Positions 1 to 9,974 of a stretch of DNA of 64,000 nt are shown here, in pieces. The notes beneath the pieces were generated by a model, which was not told the origin of the DNA, did no database searches, and saw only the letters and a program-made list of their open reading frames with translations. The DNA is from Trueperaceae bacterium (lineage in GTDB: Bacteria > Deinococcota > Deinococci > Deinococcales > Trueperaceae), in assembly GCA_965215565.1 (NCBI GenBank), contig CBDCDZ010000004.1, forward strand, positions 4,160,001-4,224,000, written 5' to 3'. Position numbers and translations under genes: made by a program. Numbering within the stretch: position 1 is the first letter of the stretch; each line of letters begins with the position of its first letter.

Positions 1-611
1 TTCTGCTCTTCCGCGTGGAGCAAACCACACCGCTGCTATTAGCGTCTATCGGCTTCGGCGTCTTCCAGGTGCTGCTCGGTTGGGGACTGCGTACCTACTA
101 CGGCGTCAAGCATGGCGACTCGCATCACACGTGGGAAGGCATCGGCATGTTCTTCGGTTTGGCGGCGACGGTTGTTTTTTCCTACGCCTTTCTCACCGAC
201 AATTTGCAGGGCAACGCCTTCGTACTCTTTTTCGTGGCGCTAGGCTTCGCAATCTTTTTGCTAGGCGTCGTGATGGCGCGAATGCCGCTGATGCTCGTGG
301 AACTGATTTCCAACTCGGGCAATATCCTCTCTTACCTGCGACTTTTTGCGGTGGGTTTATCTGCTGCGCTCGTTGCCAACCTCGCAACCGATGTAGGTTT
401 CGCCTTGAACGGCGTCGCGCCCATCATCGGACCGATTCTGGGCATTATCGCGGCGCTCTTTGTGCATACTGTCGCGATTGCGCTTACGATCATCGGTCAC
501 ACGCTGCAACCCTTACGTCTTCACTACGTCGAATTCTTTACCAAATTCGGCTTTTACGAAGAAAACGGACGTCCGTACAATCCATTTAGACTCTTTGGAG
601 GAAAAGCATGA
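1..611 (+). CDS. atpI: V/A-type ATP synthase subunit I, C-terminal part (gene begins before the window)
   Basis: Hydrophobic helices with NILSYLRLFAVGLS and LQPLRLHYVEFFTKF motifs; first gene of an ATPase operon. Confidence 0.95.
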   Translation, partial: LLFRVEQTTPLLLASIGFGVFQVLLGWGLRTYYGVKHGDSHHTWEGIGMFFGLAATVVFSYAFLTDNLQGNAFVLFFVALGFAIFLLGVVMARMPLMLVELISNSGNILSYLRLFAVGLSAALVANLATDVGFALNGVAPIIGPILGIIAALFVHTVAIALTIIGHTLQPLRLHYVEFFTKFGFYEENGRPYNPFRLFGGKA

Positions 612-922
612 TTAAGAAACTTTTATCCGTACTCGCCTTTATGCTCGTTGCAGGACTCGTCTTCGCCCAAGAAGGGGGCGGTGGTGGCGGCGGTGCCAGC
701 ATCGGTGACGGTCTTTTAGCCATCGGCGCGTCGCTCGCCATCGGTCTCGGAGCCATCGGCGTCGGTATCGCACAAGCCTCAATCGGTAGCGCAGGCGCAG
801 GCACGCTCGCGGAGCGCCCCGAAGCATTCGGTCAGATTCTCATCTACTTGGTTATTCCTGAAACCATCATCATTTTCGCCTTCGTCATCGCCTTCTTCTT
901 GCAGGGTAACCTAGGGGGTTAA
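608..922 (+). CDS. atpK: V/A-type ATP synthase subunit K (c/proteolipid) with N-terminal signal peptide
   Basis: GLGAIGVGIAQ...IPET hairpin; MIKK-hydrophobic-VFA leader followed by poly-Gly; ATGA overlap with atpI. Confidence 0.95.
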   Translation: MIKKLLSVLAFMLVAGLVFAQEGGGGGGGASIGDGLLAIGASLAIGLGAIGVGIAQASIGSAGAGTLAERPEAFGQILIYLVIPETIIIFAFVIAFFLQGNLGG

Positions 923-924
923 GT

Positions 925-1548
925 GTGGCGAATCTTTCTGCTCTGCTCGAGAAAGAAGCAGGCGCGGAGATCGAGTCCATTCTCTCCGAGGCGCGTGAAC
1001 GTGCCTCGGAGATTGTCTCTCAGGCTGAGGACGAAGCCGAGTCGATTCGGGCGCAAAAAGAGCGCGCCGCGTCGTCGCAGAGTGAAGCTGTCAAGGTGCG
1101 CGGGCGCAGCTCGGCGCAGTTAGAGGCTTCCTCCATGCGGCTCAAGGCGCAGCACCGCGCCGTCGAGTCGGTCTTCGATCAGGTTGAGCAGGACCTCCGC
1201 GACCTCACTCAAGATGACAAGCGCTACAAACCTGTGTTGACCTCTTTGCTTGAAGAGGTGGTTGAGTCCTTAGGTGGTAGTGACAACATCTCCAAGCTTT
1301 ACGTCAACCCAAACGACCAAAAACACATTAGTGATGCGGCGAAAAAGCATGGCTTAGCCGACAAGATAGAAACCGACGAGTCCGTCGAGGGCGGCGTCAA
1401 AGTTCGCTCGACTAAAGCGAGTGCGACGGTGGAGAATAGCCTCTTCGATAGGTTGGAAGCTGCTAAAGACGACCTCGCCTCGGAAGTCTCCAAGGTTCTC
1501 TTCTTTGACGGAAATAGCAATAGTAGCGATGATACCGAGGGGCAATAA
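925..1548 (+). CDS. atpE: V/A-type ATP synthase subunit E
   Basis: N-terminal coiled coil, VNP.D, GGV...ENSL..RL motifs; operon position. Confidence 0.9.
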   Translation: MANLSALLEKEAGAEIESILSEARERASEIVSQAEDEAESIRAQKERAASSQSEAVKVRGRSSAQLEASSMRLKAQHRAVESVFDQVEQDLRDLTQDDKRYKPVLTSLLEEVVESLGGSDNISKLYVNPNDQKHISDAAKKHGLADKIETDESVEGGVKVRSTKASATVENSLFDRLEAAKDDLASEVSKVLFFDGNSNSSDDTEGQ

Positions 1549-2570
1549 TGCCCTCGGATTACGGCTACATCAACGCGCGGGTGCGCGGGCTCAAGGCGAA
1601 GCTCTTGGGTGACGACTTCTACGCGGACGCCCTCAACGCTTCGGGGTTTGACGCCTTTATGAGTTCGCTCGGTCAGTCGCCCTACAGCAGCGAGGTGGAG
1701 GAGGCGCAGTCGCAATACAGTGGGCTGCGCGTGGTAGATACGGCTTTAGCTCGCAACTTCCGCAACATCACCCGCACCATCCTCAACTTCTCGGACGGCG
1801 CTCCCGAGCGGCTTATCGCGACCTTTTTGCTGCGCTACGACCTGCAAAACCTCAAAGCGATCGCGCGGGCGAAGCATTCGGGGCGCGAGGCGGAGGACAT
1901 CAAGTCGGCGCTCGTCCCGGCGGGCGAACTCAAACCGGCGGTCCTGAACAACATCGCCGAAGCTGCGGACTTGCCCGCGGCGGCGCAAGCGTTGGCGATT
2001 ACGGGGCACCCGCTCTCCAAGGCGTTCACCAAAGCCGTTGGGCAATACAGCTCAGACGGCGACCTCTTCGAATTCGAACTCGCCCTAGACCGCGCCTACT
2101 ACGCTGCACTCTTCGAGGCGCTAGACGAGAACCCGCATTCAGACATGCTGACGCGGCACATCCAGCGCGAGGTGGACGCGGCGAACATCCGCACCGCCCT
2201 CAAGATGCAGAGCGCAGTGGGCGACGCCGACGCGGATAAGCTCTACCTCTCGGACGGCAAAGAGGTCAGCCGAGGGATGTTCGACACGCTCCTCTCCGGC
2301 GACATGCAGCCTCTCTCTAACACGAGTTTCAGCGACGTTGCCGAGACGGATAACCTCAGCAAAGCCGAAGAGGTCGTGCGGGGCAGTCTGGACAAGAGCG
2401 CCCGCAAGCTCTACTTGAGCAACCCCTTGGGTATCGGCGTGGTGCTCTACTACCTGCGGCTCAAAGAGCAGGAGACCTCGAGACTCCGTCTCGTCGCTAG
2501 GGGCAAGTACTACAACGTGCCGCGCGAATCGCTCGAGCGCGAACTCGGCAAGGAGGTAGGCCGTGGCTAA
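1548..2570 (+). CDS. atpC: V/A-type ATP synthase subunit C
   Basis: DYGYINARVRG N-terminal motif, LRLVARGK C-terminal motif. Confidence 0.93.
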   Translation: MPSDYGYINARVRGLKAKLLGDDFYADALNASGFDAFMSSLGQSPYSSEVEEAQSQYSGLRVVDTALARNFRNITRTILNFSDGAPERLIATFLLRYDLQNLKAIARAKHSGREAEDIKSALVPAGELKPAVLNNIAEAADLPAAAQALAITGHPLSKAFTKAVGQYSSDGDLFEFELALDRAYYAALFEALDENPHSDMLTRHIQREVDAANIRTALKMQSAVGDADADKLYLSDGKEVSRGMFDTLLSGDMQPLSNTSFSDVAETDNLSKAEEVVRGSLDKSARKLYLSNPLGIGVVLYYLRLKEQETSRLRLVARGKYYNVPRESLERELGKEVGRG

Positions 2571-2889
2571 GATGCTCATCTTAACCGACAGCGAGACCGC
2601 CACCGGCTTCCGTTTGGCGGGTGTTGAAGTGCTCGAGGCGGACCAAGAGGGCGCGCAAGAGGCGCTAGAAAGTGCCATCGAGTCCGAAGACTACGGTCTC
2701 GTCGCGGTGGACCAGGGGCTCATCCCCGAGCCGAATAAAGCCGCGTCACGTGTCATGCGCGGGCGCGAGTTGCCTGTCTTGCTCTCCATGCCCAGCTTAG
2801 GTGCAGCCTTCGACGAGGACGAAGACCCGAAAGACTACATGAAGTCGCTCGTGCGGAGTGCGATTGGGTTTGATATTAAGTTGGAGTGA
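2563..2889 (+). CDS. atpF: V/A-type ATP synthase subunit F
   Basis: D.ETATGFRLAGV and AIGFDIKL motifs. Confidence 0.93.
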   Translation: MAKMLILTDSETATGFRLAGVEVLEADQEGAQEALESAIESEDYGLVAVDQGLIPEPNKAASRVMRGRELPVLLSMPSLGAAFDEDEDPKDYMKSLVRSAIGFDIKLE

Positions 2890-2919
2890 TAAGGAAAGAG
2901 TCGTTAAGTATGTGCGTAG

Positions 2920-2997
2920 CGAGAGAATCCCCGCATTCGCTTCTCCCCTCGCCGAGTTTGCGAGGCGAGACCCTTCACCTAAAGGTTCAGGGTGACA
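2920..2997. repeat. Partial REP-like repeat related to the 27351-27455 element
   Basis: GAATCCCCGCATTCGCTTCTCC...GAGACCCTT...TCAGGGTGACA aligns with GAATCTCTGCATTTGCCTTCTCC...GAGACCCTT...TCAGGGTGACA at 27.4 kb. Confidence 0.65.
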
Positions 2998-3128
2998 CGG
3001 CGGTTTACATATACTTCATGACATACGACTACGATTATCACGCGCTAAAAGAGGTAGGCTAAGGGTCAAGCAACGCGCCCTTAGCCGTCCATCTAAATTC
3101 TAGTTACACCTCTACAGAGGAGGCAACA

Positions 3129-4868
3129 ATGGCCATCGAAGGAACAGTTCAGCGCATCTCGGGTCCGGCGGTTATCGCCAAGGGGATGATGGGCGCACGC
3201 ATGTTCGACATCGTGCGCGTCGGCGAGGAGCAGCTCGTCGGGGAGATCATCCGCTTGGACGGCAACACCGCCTTTGTGCAGGTTTACGAGGACACGGGCG
3301 GGCTCCAGGTCGGCGAAGCCGTCGTCTCGACGGGGCTACCGCTCGCCGTCGAACTCGGACCGGGGATGCTCAACGGCATCTTCGACGGGATTCAGCGCCC
3401 GTTAGATAAAATTAACGAGCAGTCGGGCACGTACATCGAGCGCGGTATCGTGGTGAATTCGCTCTCGAGGGAGAACAAATGGGAGTTCACCCCTGAAGTC
3501 TCCGAAGGTGACGAAGTCGAAGCGGGTCAGATTTTAGGCACTGTCCCTGAGTTCTCCTTTACGCACAAGATCATGGTTCCGCCCGATAAGAAGGGCAAGA
3601 TCAAGTCCATCGCTAAAAAAGGCGAGTACACCGTCGATGAGGTCATTGCGACCTTAGAAGACGGCACCGAACTCATGCTCTACCACCCCTGGCCCGTACG
3701 CCAAGCGCGTCCGGTCGCCAAGAAGCTCGACCCTGTCACGCCCTTCTTGACCGGGATGCGCATCTTAGACGTGCTCTTCCCCTTAACGATGGGCGGCACG
3801 GCGGCGATTCCGGGACCGTTCGGCTCGGGTAAAACCGTCACGCAGCAGTCGATTGCGAAGTTCGGCAACGCGGACATCGTCGTGTATGTGGGCTGCGGCG
3901 AGCGCGGCAACGAGATGACGGACGTGCTTGTGGAGTTCCCTGAGTTGGAGGACCCCACCTCGGGCAACCCGCTCATGGAGCGCACCGTCCTTATCGCGAA
4001 CACCTCGAACATGCCGGTGGCAGCGCGTGAAGCCTCAATTTACACGGGTATCACCCTAGCCGAATACTTCCGCGACCAGGGCTACCGCGTCTCGGTCATG
4101 GCGGACTCGACCTCCCGCTGGGCTGAGGCACTCCGCGAAATTTCCTCACGCTTGGAAGAGATGCCCGCCGAAGAGGGCTACCCGCCCTACCTCTCCTCAC
4201 GTCTCTCCGCCTTCTACGAGCGCGGCGGACGTGTCACGACCTTGGCCGACGAGCAGGGCGCAGTTTCCATCATCGGCGCGGTTTCGCCCGCTGGCGGTGA
4301 CTTCTCGGAGCCCGTCACGCAGTCTACCTTGCGCATTACGGGCTGCTTCTGGGCGCTCGATGCGTCCTTAGCGCGCCGCCGTCACTTCCCCGCCATCAAC
4401 TGGAACCGCTCGTACTCGCTCTTTACAGACATATTGGAGGATTGGTACCGCGAGAACGTCGCCGAGGACTTCCCCGAGCTAAGGGATCGCGCCGTCAACC
4501 TCTTGCAGCGCGAATCCGACCTACAAGAAGTCGTGCAGCTCGTCGGTCCCGATGCGCTCCAAGACCAAGAGCGCCTCATCGTCGAGGTAGGCCGCATCAT
4601 TCGCCAAGACTTCTTGCAGCAGAACGGCTTCGACGAGGTCGACGCCTCGTGCTCGCTCGGCAAGGCGCACGGGATGTTGGAAATGATGATCAAGTTCAAC
4701 GACACCGCCCGCAAAGCCATCGAAGAGGGCGCAACCGTAGACGACATCTTGAACGCTGACGTGATCGAGAAACTCAACCGCGCACGCTACGTGCCAGAAG
4801 ACGAGTTCGACGCTTATAAGGAAGAGACCTTAGAGCAACTCGATAACGCCTTTGCGGTGGCAGCCTAA
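3129..4868 (+). CDS. atpA: V/A-type ATP synthase subunit A
   Basis: Walker [32 protein letters not shown] upstream. Confidence 0.98.
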   Translation: MAIEGTVQRISGPAVIAKGMMGARMFDIVRVGEEQLVGEIIRLDGNTAFVQVYEDTGGLQVGEAVVSTGLPLAVELGPGMLNGIFDGIQRPLDKINEQSGTYIERGIVVNSLSRENKWEFTPEVSEGDEVEAGQILGTVPEFSFTHKIMVPPDKKGKIKSIAKKGEYTVDEVIATLEDGTELMLYHPWPVRQARPVAKKLDPVTPFLTGMRILDVLFPLTMGGTAAIPGPFGSGKTVTQQSIAKFGNADIVVYVGCGERGNEMTDVLVEFPELEDPTSGNPLMERTVLIANTSNMPVAAREASIYTGITLAEYFRDQGYRVSVMADSTSRWAEALREISSRLEEMPAEEGYPPYLSSRLSAFYERGGRVTTLADEQGAVSIIGAVSPAGGDFSEPVTQSTLRITGCFWALDASLARRRHFPAINWNRSYSLFTDILEDWYRENVAEDFPELRDRAVNLLQRESDLQEVVQLVGPDALQDQERLIVEVGRIIRQDFLQQNGFDEVDASCSLGKAHGMLEMMIKFNDTARKAIEEGATVDDILNADVIEKLNRARYVPEDEFDAYKEETLEQLDNAFAVAA

Positions 4869-4882
4869 TAGAGGTAAATGCA

Positions 4883-4911
4883 GTAGGGGTGGGTTTGAAA
4901 CCCACCCCTAC
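4883..4911. repeat. GTAG-type REP palindrome
   Basis: GTAGGGGTGGGTTTGAAACCCACCCCTAC perfect hairpin. Confidence 0.75.
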
Positions 4912-4979
4912 GCCGCACACTCCCGCTAAGTGGAGCAACATAGATTCTAGGCTGAGGTTGAATCACGCAAGTATCATCC

Positions 4980-5044
4980 TTCAACGTGCGAGCTAAAAAG
5001 TGCTTTATCTACTGAGAGCGTTCGTGACCAGATAATACCTGCTA
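4980..5044 (-). mobile_element. Degenerate MITE-family end
   Basis: GACCAGATAATACCTGCTA matches the end of the elements at 32130, 37994 and 58956. Confidence 0.55.
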
Positions 5045-5060
5045 TACAAGGAGGATTGTA

Positions 5061-6518
5061 GTGGCTGTTTCAGACAAAACCACAGGCAACAACGGCGACA
5101 GCAAGCCGAAGAAGAAGCAATTCAAAAAGGAATACAGCGAAGTTTCGTATATCTCCGGACCGCTGATGTTCTTAGAAAACGCACCTGACCTCGCGTACAA
5201 CGCGATTGTCAACATCAAGGACGCCAATGGGCGCATCCGCGGCGGGCAAGTCATCGACGTATCTGAGAAGGTCACGACGCTTCAGGTCTTCGAAGACCCG
5301 CGCGGACTCGACCTGTCGTCGACCACCGTGACCCTCGTCGAGGACGTGGCGCGTTTAGGCGTCTCCAGAGAGATGATCGGACGCCGCTTCAACGGTATCG
5401 GCGAGCCGATTGACGGTCTGCCCGAAGTTGTCGCGGACAAGCGCGTGCCGATTGGCGGCGCACCGATTAACCCCGTCGCCCGCCAAAAGCCCGAGGAGTT
5501 CATCCAGACGGGCGTTTCGACCATCGACACGATGATTACCCTCGTGCGCGGTCAGAAGCTCCCTATCTTTTCCGGCTCGGGTCTCCCCGCGAACGAACTC
5601 GCCGCGCAAATTGCACGTCAGGCGAAGGTCATCGGGGAGGGCGAAGCGTCCGACTTCGCCGTTGTCTTCGCCGCGATGGGCGTGACGCAGCGCGAGATCA
5701 CCTTCTTCACGCAGGAGTTCGAGCGCACAGGCGCGTTGGCGCGTTCGGTCTTGTTCCTTAACAAAGCCGACGACCCCGCCGTCGAGCGCATCCTCACGCC
5801 GCGCATGGCGCTGACCGCTGCCGAATACCTCGCCTTCGAGCACGACTATCACGTCTTGGTCATCATGACCGATATGACGAACTACTGCGAGGCGCTCCGC
5901 GAAATCGGCGGTGCCCGTGAAGAGATTCCGGGACGTCGCGGCTACCCTGGCTACACCTACACCGACTTGGCGTCACTCTACGAGCGTGCAGGCGTTGTGG
6001 AAGGCAAAAAGGGCTCGGTCACGCAAATCCCGATCCTCTCCATGCCCGATGACGACGTGACGCACCCTATCCCCGACTTGACGGGCTACATCACCGAGGG
6101 TCAAATTTACTTAGGGCGCGACCTGCACACGCAGGGCTACTATCCTCCCATCAACCCCGGTCCCAGCCTGTCACGCCTGATGAACAACGGCATCGGCGAG
6201 GGCAAGACTCGCAAAGACCACAAAAACATCGCCGACCAACTCCAAGCCGCCTACGCGAACGCGCTCGACTTGCGCCGCCTGGTTGCGATTACAGGTGAGG
6301 ACGCGCTGTCCGAGAACGACAAGAAGTACTTGGAGTTCGGCGACAACTTCGAGGAGAAGTTCATCAGCCAGGGCTCCGAGGACAGAAGCATCGAAGAGTC
6401 GTTGAACATCGCTTGGACGACGCTTTCTGTACTCCCTCAGAGCGAGCTGACCCGCTTGAGCCGTGACCAAATTGATAAATATTACGGCGCGAAGATGGAT
6501 GAGTTGTGGGGGAGCTGA
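5061..6518 (+). CDS. atpB: V/A-type ATP synthase subunit B
   Basis: [36 protein letters not shown]. Confidence 0.98.
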   Translation: MAVSDKTTGNNGDSKPKKKQFKKEYSEVSYISGPLMFLENAPDLAYNAIVNIKDANGRIRGGQVIDVSEKVTTLQVFEDPRGLDLSSTTVTLVEDVARLGVSREMIGRRFNGIGEPIDGLPEVVADKRVPIGGAPINPVARQKPEEFIQTGVSTIDTMITLVRGQKLPIFSGSGLPANELAAQIARQAKVIGEGEASDFAVVFAAMGVTQREITFFTQEFERTGALARSVLFLNKADDPAVERILTPRMALTAAEYLAFEHDYHVLVIMTDMTNYCEALREIGGAREEIPGRRGYPGYTYTDLASLYERAGVVEGKKGSVTQIPILSMPDDDVTHPIPDLTGYITEGQIYLGRDLHTQGYYPPINPGPSLSRLMNNGIGEGKTRKDHKNIADQLQAAYANALDLRRLVAITGEDALSENDKKYLEFGDNFEEKFISQGSEDRSIEESLNIAWTTLSVLPQSELTRLSRDQIDKYYGAKMDELWGS

Positions 6519-6522
6519 GCGA

Positions 6523-6578
6523 TTAGCTATTAGCCGTTAGGGTTTAGCTAAGCGCTAAAAGCTAACAGCTAACAGCTA
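6523..6578. repeat. Heptameric tandem repeats arranged as an inverted pair
   Basis: TTAGCTA-TTAGCCG-TTAGGGT-TTAGC followed by GCTAAAA-GCTAACA-GCTAACA-GCTA. Confidence 0.7.
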
Positions 6579-6599
6579 GTTGCTCCGAAAGGAGCTGCT

Positions 6600-7319
6600 A
6601 TGGCTGAAAACATCGCCCCAACCCGCTCGAACCTGCTCCAGCAGCGCGACCAGCTCGACCTGGCGAACAAGGGTGCTGACCTCTTGAAGCGCAAGCGCGA
6701 CGCGCTCATCTCTGAGTTCTTTGACCTCGTCAAAGAGTCTTTGGAGGCGCGGCGCTCTTTAAGTGAAACGAGCAAAGAGGCGTACTTTAGCCTCTTTCTC
6801 GCCAAAGCCTGGGACGGTCCCGAGGCGGTTGAGGGACTTAGCTTAGCGAAGCAGTCAGGCTTAGAGGTGGATATCAAGATTGAAAATATCTTCGGCGTCA
6901 AGGTGCCCCAGGTTCAACCGCCCGACTTCGACCGCGAATTGCCCTTTTCGCCCATCGGCGCGGGCGCACGCACGCTAGACAGCGCAGCGCAGTTTCGCGA
7001 ACTCACCGAAGCGCTCGTCAAGGTTGCCTCGACGGAGACGAGGCTTAGACGCATCGGCGAAGAGATCAAAAAGACCTCGCGCCGCGTGAACGCTTTGGAG
7101 CAGATCGTGGTGCCGCGCATCAAGCAGCGCATCAAGAATATTCAGAGCGTCTTAGACCAGCGTGCTTTAGAAGAGATTACCGTCTTGAAACGCATCAAGG
7201 CGAAGCTCGAGGCCCGCGAAGAAGAGGATGAAGACGAAGACAAGCAAGATAGCGAACAGCAGAGCAAAAGCGAAGTCAAGCGTTCAGAGAAGGAAACGAC
7301 GCAAAGCGCCTCTGCCTAA
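6600..7319 (+). CDS. atpD: V/A-type ATP synthase subunit D
   Basis: PTRSNLL, LLKRKRDAL, RRVNALE motifs. Confidence 0.96.
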   Translation: MAENIAPTRSNLLQQRDQLDLANKGADLLKRKRDALISEFFDLVKESLEARRSLSETSKEAYFSLFLAKAWDGPEAVEGLSLAKQSGLEVDIKIENIFGVKVPQVQPPDFDRELPFSPIGAGARTLDSAAQFRELTEALVKVASTETRLRRIGEEIKKTSRRVNALEQIVVPRIKQRIKNIQSVLDQRALEEITVLKRIKAKLEAREEEDEDEDKQDSEQQSKSEVKRSEKETTQSASA

Positions 7320-7338
7320 ACTGTACACCGCTCACACG

Positions 7339-7373
7339 TCCCCACATTCCGCAACGAGGATGTGGGGATTCTT
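7339..7373 (+). terminator. Intrinsic terminator after the ATPase operon
   Basis: TCCCCACATTC/GGATGTGGGGA stem followed by TTCTT. Confidence 0.7.
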
Positions 7374-7411
7374 ATGTCGTGCGGGGTTCAGGGCGACTTA
7401 TACTCACAGAG

Positions 7412-8194
7412 ATGCGAATAGTGGCTCCTCTCCTCCTCATTCTTTTGGTAAGCTGCGCACCTAGCCAGAATATCGAACTAGCGACGAAGACGGTAGCCCG
7501 AGCTGCCGCGCTCGCTGATCTAGACGGTTTAGAGCCGTTTGAGGCGAGCGCTAGACCTTTTGCCGAGCGCCCTATCGTCGCGGCTCCTAACTTTACAGTG
7601 CGCTCGAATAACCTCAAGCTCAAAGGACAAGAACTCAAAGGCAAAGACGACAGCTACTTCGTCGAACTCGGCTCGGGCGTCGCTGATATTTTGATCAGCG
7701 AACTCTACCGCAGCGAACAGTTTCGCATCACCGAACGGATGCAGCTCGCGCAGATTTTGTTCGAGCAGGATTTGGGGCAGTCGGGGCGGGTGGATAAAGA
7801 GACGGCGGCGGAGGTTGGGCGCATCACCGGGGCGGAACTGCTCATCTTCGGGAGCGTGACGGAGTTTAGCGTCTCGACAACGGGCGGTGGTGGACGATTT
7901 TTTGGACTTTTAGGCGGCTCGGCTGAAATCGTGACCGCTAGAGTCACCGTGGATTTGCGCTTCGTGGACGCAGCGACGGCTGAAATCGTCGCAATCGGCA
8001 GTTCGACAGCCGAAGCTTCACAGGGCAATGTACAAGTGGACGTTTTGAACGTGATTCGCGGCTTACAAGCGGGGCGCACCGGCACGACGATCGTAGACCT
8101 CGCAGTGCGCAACGCGATTATCGGCGCGGTCAACGAGGGAGCGGACGACTTTTTCGGCTCGGTGCAGTACTCGAGCAAAAGTTCGAGCGATTGA
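7412..8194 (+). CDS. CsgG/HfaB-family lipoprotein
   Basis: LVSC lipobox; ER.QL..IL.EQ.L and G..TGA.LLI.GSVTEF motifs; TATACT 7 nt upstream of ATG 7412. Confidence 0.8.
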   Translation: MRIVAPLLLILLVSCAPSQNIELATKTVARAAALADLDGLEPFEASARPFAERPIVAAPNFTVRSNNLKLKGQELKGKDDSYFVELGSGVADILISELYRSEQFRITERMQLAQILFEQDLGQSGRVDKETAAEVGRITGAELLIFGSVTEFSVSTTGGGGRFFGLLGGSAEIVTARVTVDLRFVDAATAEIVAIGSSTAEASQGNVQVDVLNVIRGLQAGRTGTTIVDLAVRNAIIGAVNEGADDFFGSVQYSSKSSSD

Positions 8195-8238
8195 AGCTTG
8201 CGCCGTACTGAAGTGAAAATGGTGTAATTTTCGTTATA

Positions 8239-9474
8239 CTACGCACGCTTTTCGGTTTCCGCCTCGACGGGTTTTGCAACGGGGACGCTCGCCGTTATCT
8301 GGGTTCCGGCTTGCGGTGCGGCGCGTATCTCGAGCGTGCCCCCGACCGACGCGATATGCTCCTCTAAACCGATCAGCCCGAAGTGGTTGTCATGGGCTAG
8401 GGCGCTGAGTTGCTCGGGTGGGGTAAAGCCCTGTCCGTCGTCGCGTACCTTTAGTACGGCGGCACCCTCCCTCAATTGTAGTGACACCTCCGCGCGACGC
8501 GCCCTGGCATGTTTGAAGACGTTGCGGAGCGCTTCTTGGGCGGTGCGAAAGAGGCAGAGAGCGACGGGGGCGGAGACCGTGCGTCCGTCCGTCTGAATGT
8601 CGGCGTCGATATCGACGCCGTGCTTCTCTCCTCGAAGCTGGGTCAGGTAGTTTCTGAGCGTGACCTCAAGTCCAAGTTCCTCCAGCCCCGAGGGGCGCAA
8701 GCCGCCGATGAGGTGGCGCAGTTCTTTGGAAACCCCTAAAACTGCCTTGCGGTGCGCGCCGAGTGTTTCATACTCGGGATGTGCACTCCCTAGACCTTTT
8801 TGGCTTTCGGCGAGACCGTACGAGATGCCGATGAGCTGTTGTACCGCGCCGTCGTGGAGTTCGCGAGCTAAGTGGCGGCGTTCGCGCTCACGGATGTCGG
8901 CGAGTTTGATGCGGAGCGCGTTGAGTTCTCCCTCGGCACGTCTGCGGTTGGCGTTCTCGTGCTCGAGTTGCTCATTGGCTCCCTGAAGCTCTGCGGTGCG
9001 CGCCTCGACTCTCGCCTCCAATTCGTCGTTCGCACGCTTGAGCGCCGCTTCCGCCTTGAGACGGGCACGCTGCGTGGCAGTTTCGCGAAGCGCCCGGTCC
9101 ACTGCGGGTCCCAAGCGGTGAAGCTGACTCTTGTTGATGAGGTCAGACGCGCCCAGTTGCATGAGGTGAACCGCCGCCTCTTCACCCACCGCGCCCGAGA
9201 CAACGATGCAAGGGATAGGCGTCTCGCGCTCTTCCAACAGCTCCAACACATCGTGCGAGCTTAGCTGCGGCATGGCGTGGTCCGAAAGGACGATGTTCCA
9301 GTCAAAAAAACCGAGATTTTCCTCAATTTCGGCGCGAGTCTGGGCAAACTCCGCGGTGACGGCGAACCCGTAGCGGCGCAGCTCTAAAACGGCGAGTTCG
9401 GCGTCTTGAGTGGAGTCGTCCACCACGAGAACGCGCAGCGGGATGCCGCCAAGGGCTTGGCTTATGTGGTTCAC
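8239..9474 (-). CDS. Receiver domain fused to HisKA_3 (NarX/UhpB-like) histidine kinase
   Basis: VLVVDD receiver; ERRHLARELHD H-box; QEALRNVFKHA, DDGQGF, GL.GL HATPase motifs. Confidence 0.9.
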   Translation of the reverse strand: MNHISQALGGIPLRVLVVDDSTQDAELAVLELRRYGFAVTAEFAQTRAEIEENLGFFDWNIVLSDHAMPQLSSHDVLELLEERETPIPCIVVSGAVGEEAAVHLMQLGASDLINKSQLHRLGPAVDRALRETATQRARLKAEAALKRANDELEARVEARTAELQGANEQLEHENANRRRAEGELNALRIKLADIRERERRHLARELHDGAVQQLIGISYGLAESQKGLGSAHPEYETLGAHRKAVLGVSKELRHLIGGLRPSGLEELGLEVTLRNYLTQLRGEKHGVDIDADIQTDGRTVSAPVALCLFRTAQEALRNVFKHARARRAEVSLQLREGAAVLKVRDDGQGFTPPEQLSALAHDNHFGLIGLEEHIASVGGTLEIRAAPQAGTQITASVPVAKPVEAETEKRA

Positions 9475-9496
9475 GAATAACCTTTGTAAGGTCTAC

Positions 9497-9946
9497 TCAC
9501 GCTACCGGATGCCAAGGGTTTTCGTTCAGTACGAGCCAGTACACGCCGAGCTGCCGAATCGCTTCAGAGAACGCCTCGAAGTCGACGGGTTTGCGCACGT
9601 AGGAATTCGCGCCTTTCGAATAGCTCTGCACCACGTCGCGCTCTTCTTGAGAGGTCGTGAGCATAATTACGGGCAAGAGCTTGGTGTCGTCGTGTCGGCG
9701 CAGTTCGGCGAGCACGTCTAAGCCGCTCATCTTGGGTAGGTTGATATCCAAAAGGACGAACTGCGGCATGGTGTCCACGCGCTCAGCGTATTCGCCGCGC
9801 CGCAACAAGAAGTCGAGCGCCGCCGCGCCGTCTTGCAGCACGACGATCTCGTTGATGAGGTTGTGGCGGCGCAGCGCGCGAATCGTTAAGTCGATATCGT
9901 CCTGATTGTCCTCGACCAAAAGAAGGTAGGTGTTGTCTTGCATCAT
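9497..9946 (-). CDS. Single-domain response regulator (Rcp1-like)
   Basis: LLVEDNQDD, LLDINLPKMSG, GANSYVRKP, YWL; ATG at 9946/9943. Confidence 0.9.
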   Translation of the reverse strand: MMQDNTYLLLVEDNQDDIDLTIRALRRHNLINEIVVLQDGAAALDFLLRRGEYAERVDTMPQFVLLDINLPKMSGLDVLAELRRHDDTKLLPVIMLTTSQEERDVVQSYSKGANSYVRKPVDFEAFSEAIRQLGVYWLVLNENPWHPVA

Positions 9947-9974
9947 AGTGTCCCTATTATGACCTATTCTAAAG

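Noticed and set aside
608..922. Na+-coupling or novelty inferred from the subunit K Q...ET motif and signal peptide
   Set aside because: Similar features occur in the H+-coupled Thermus enzyme; not diagnostic.
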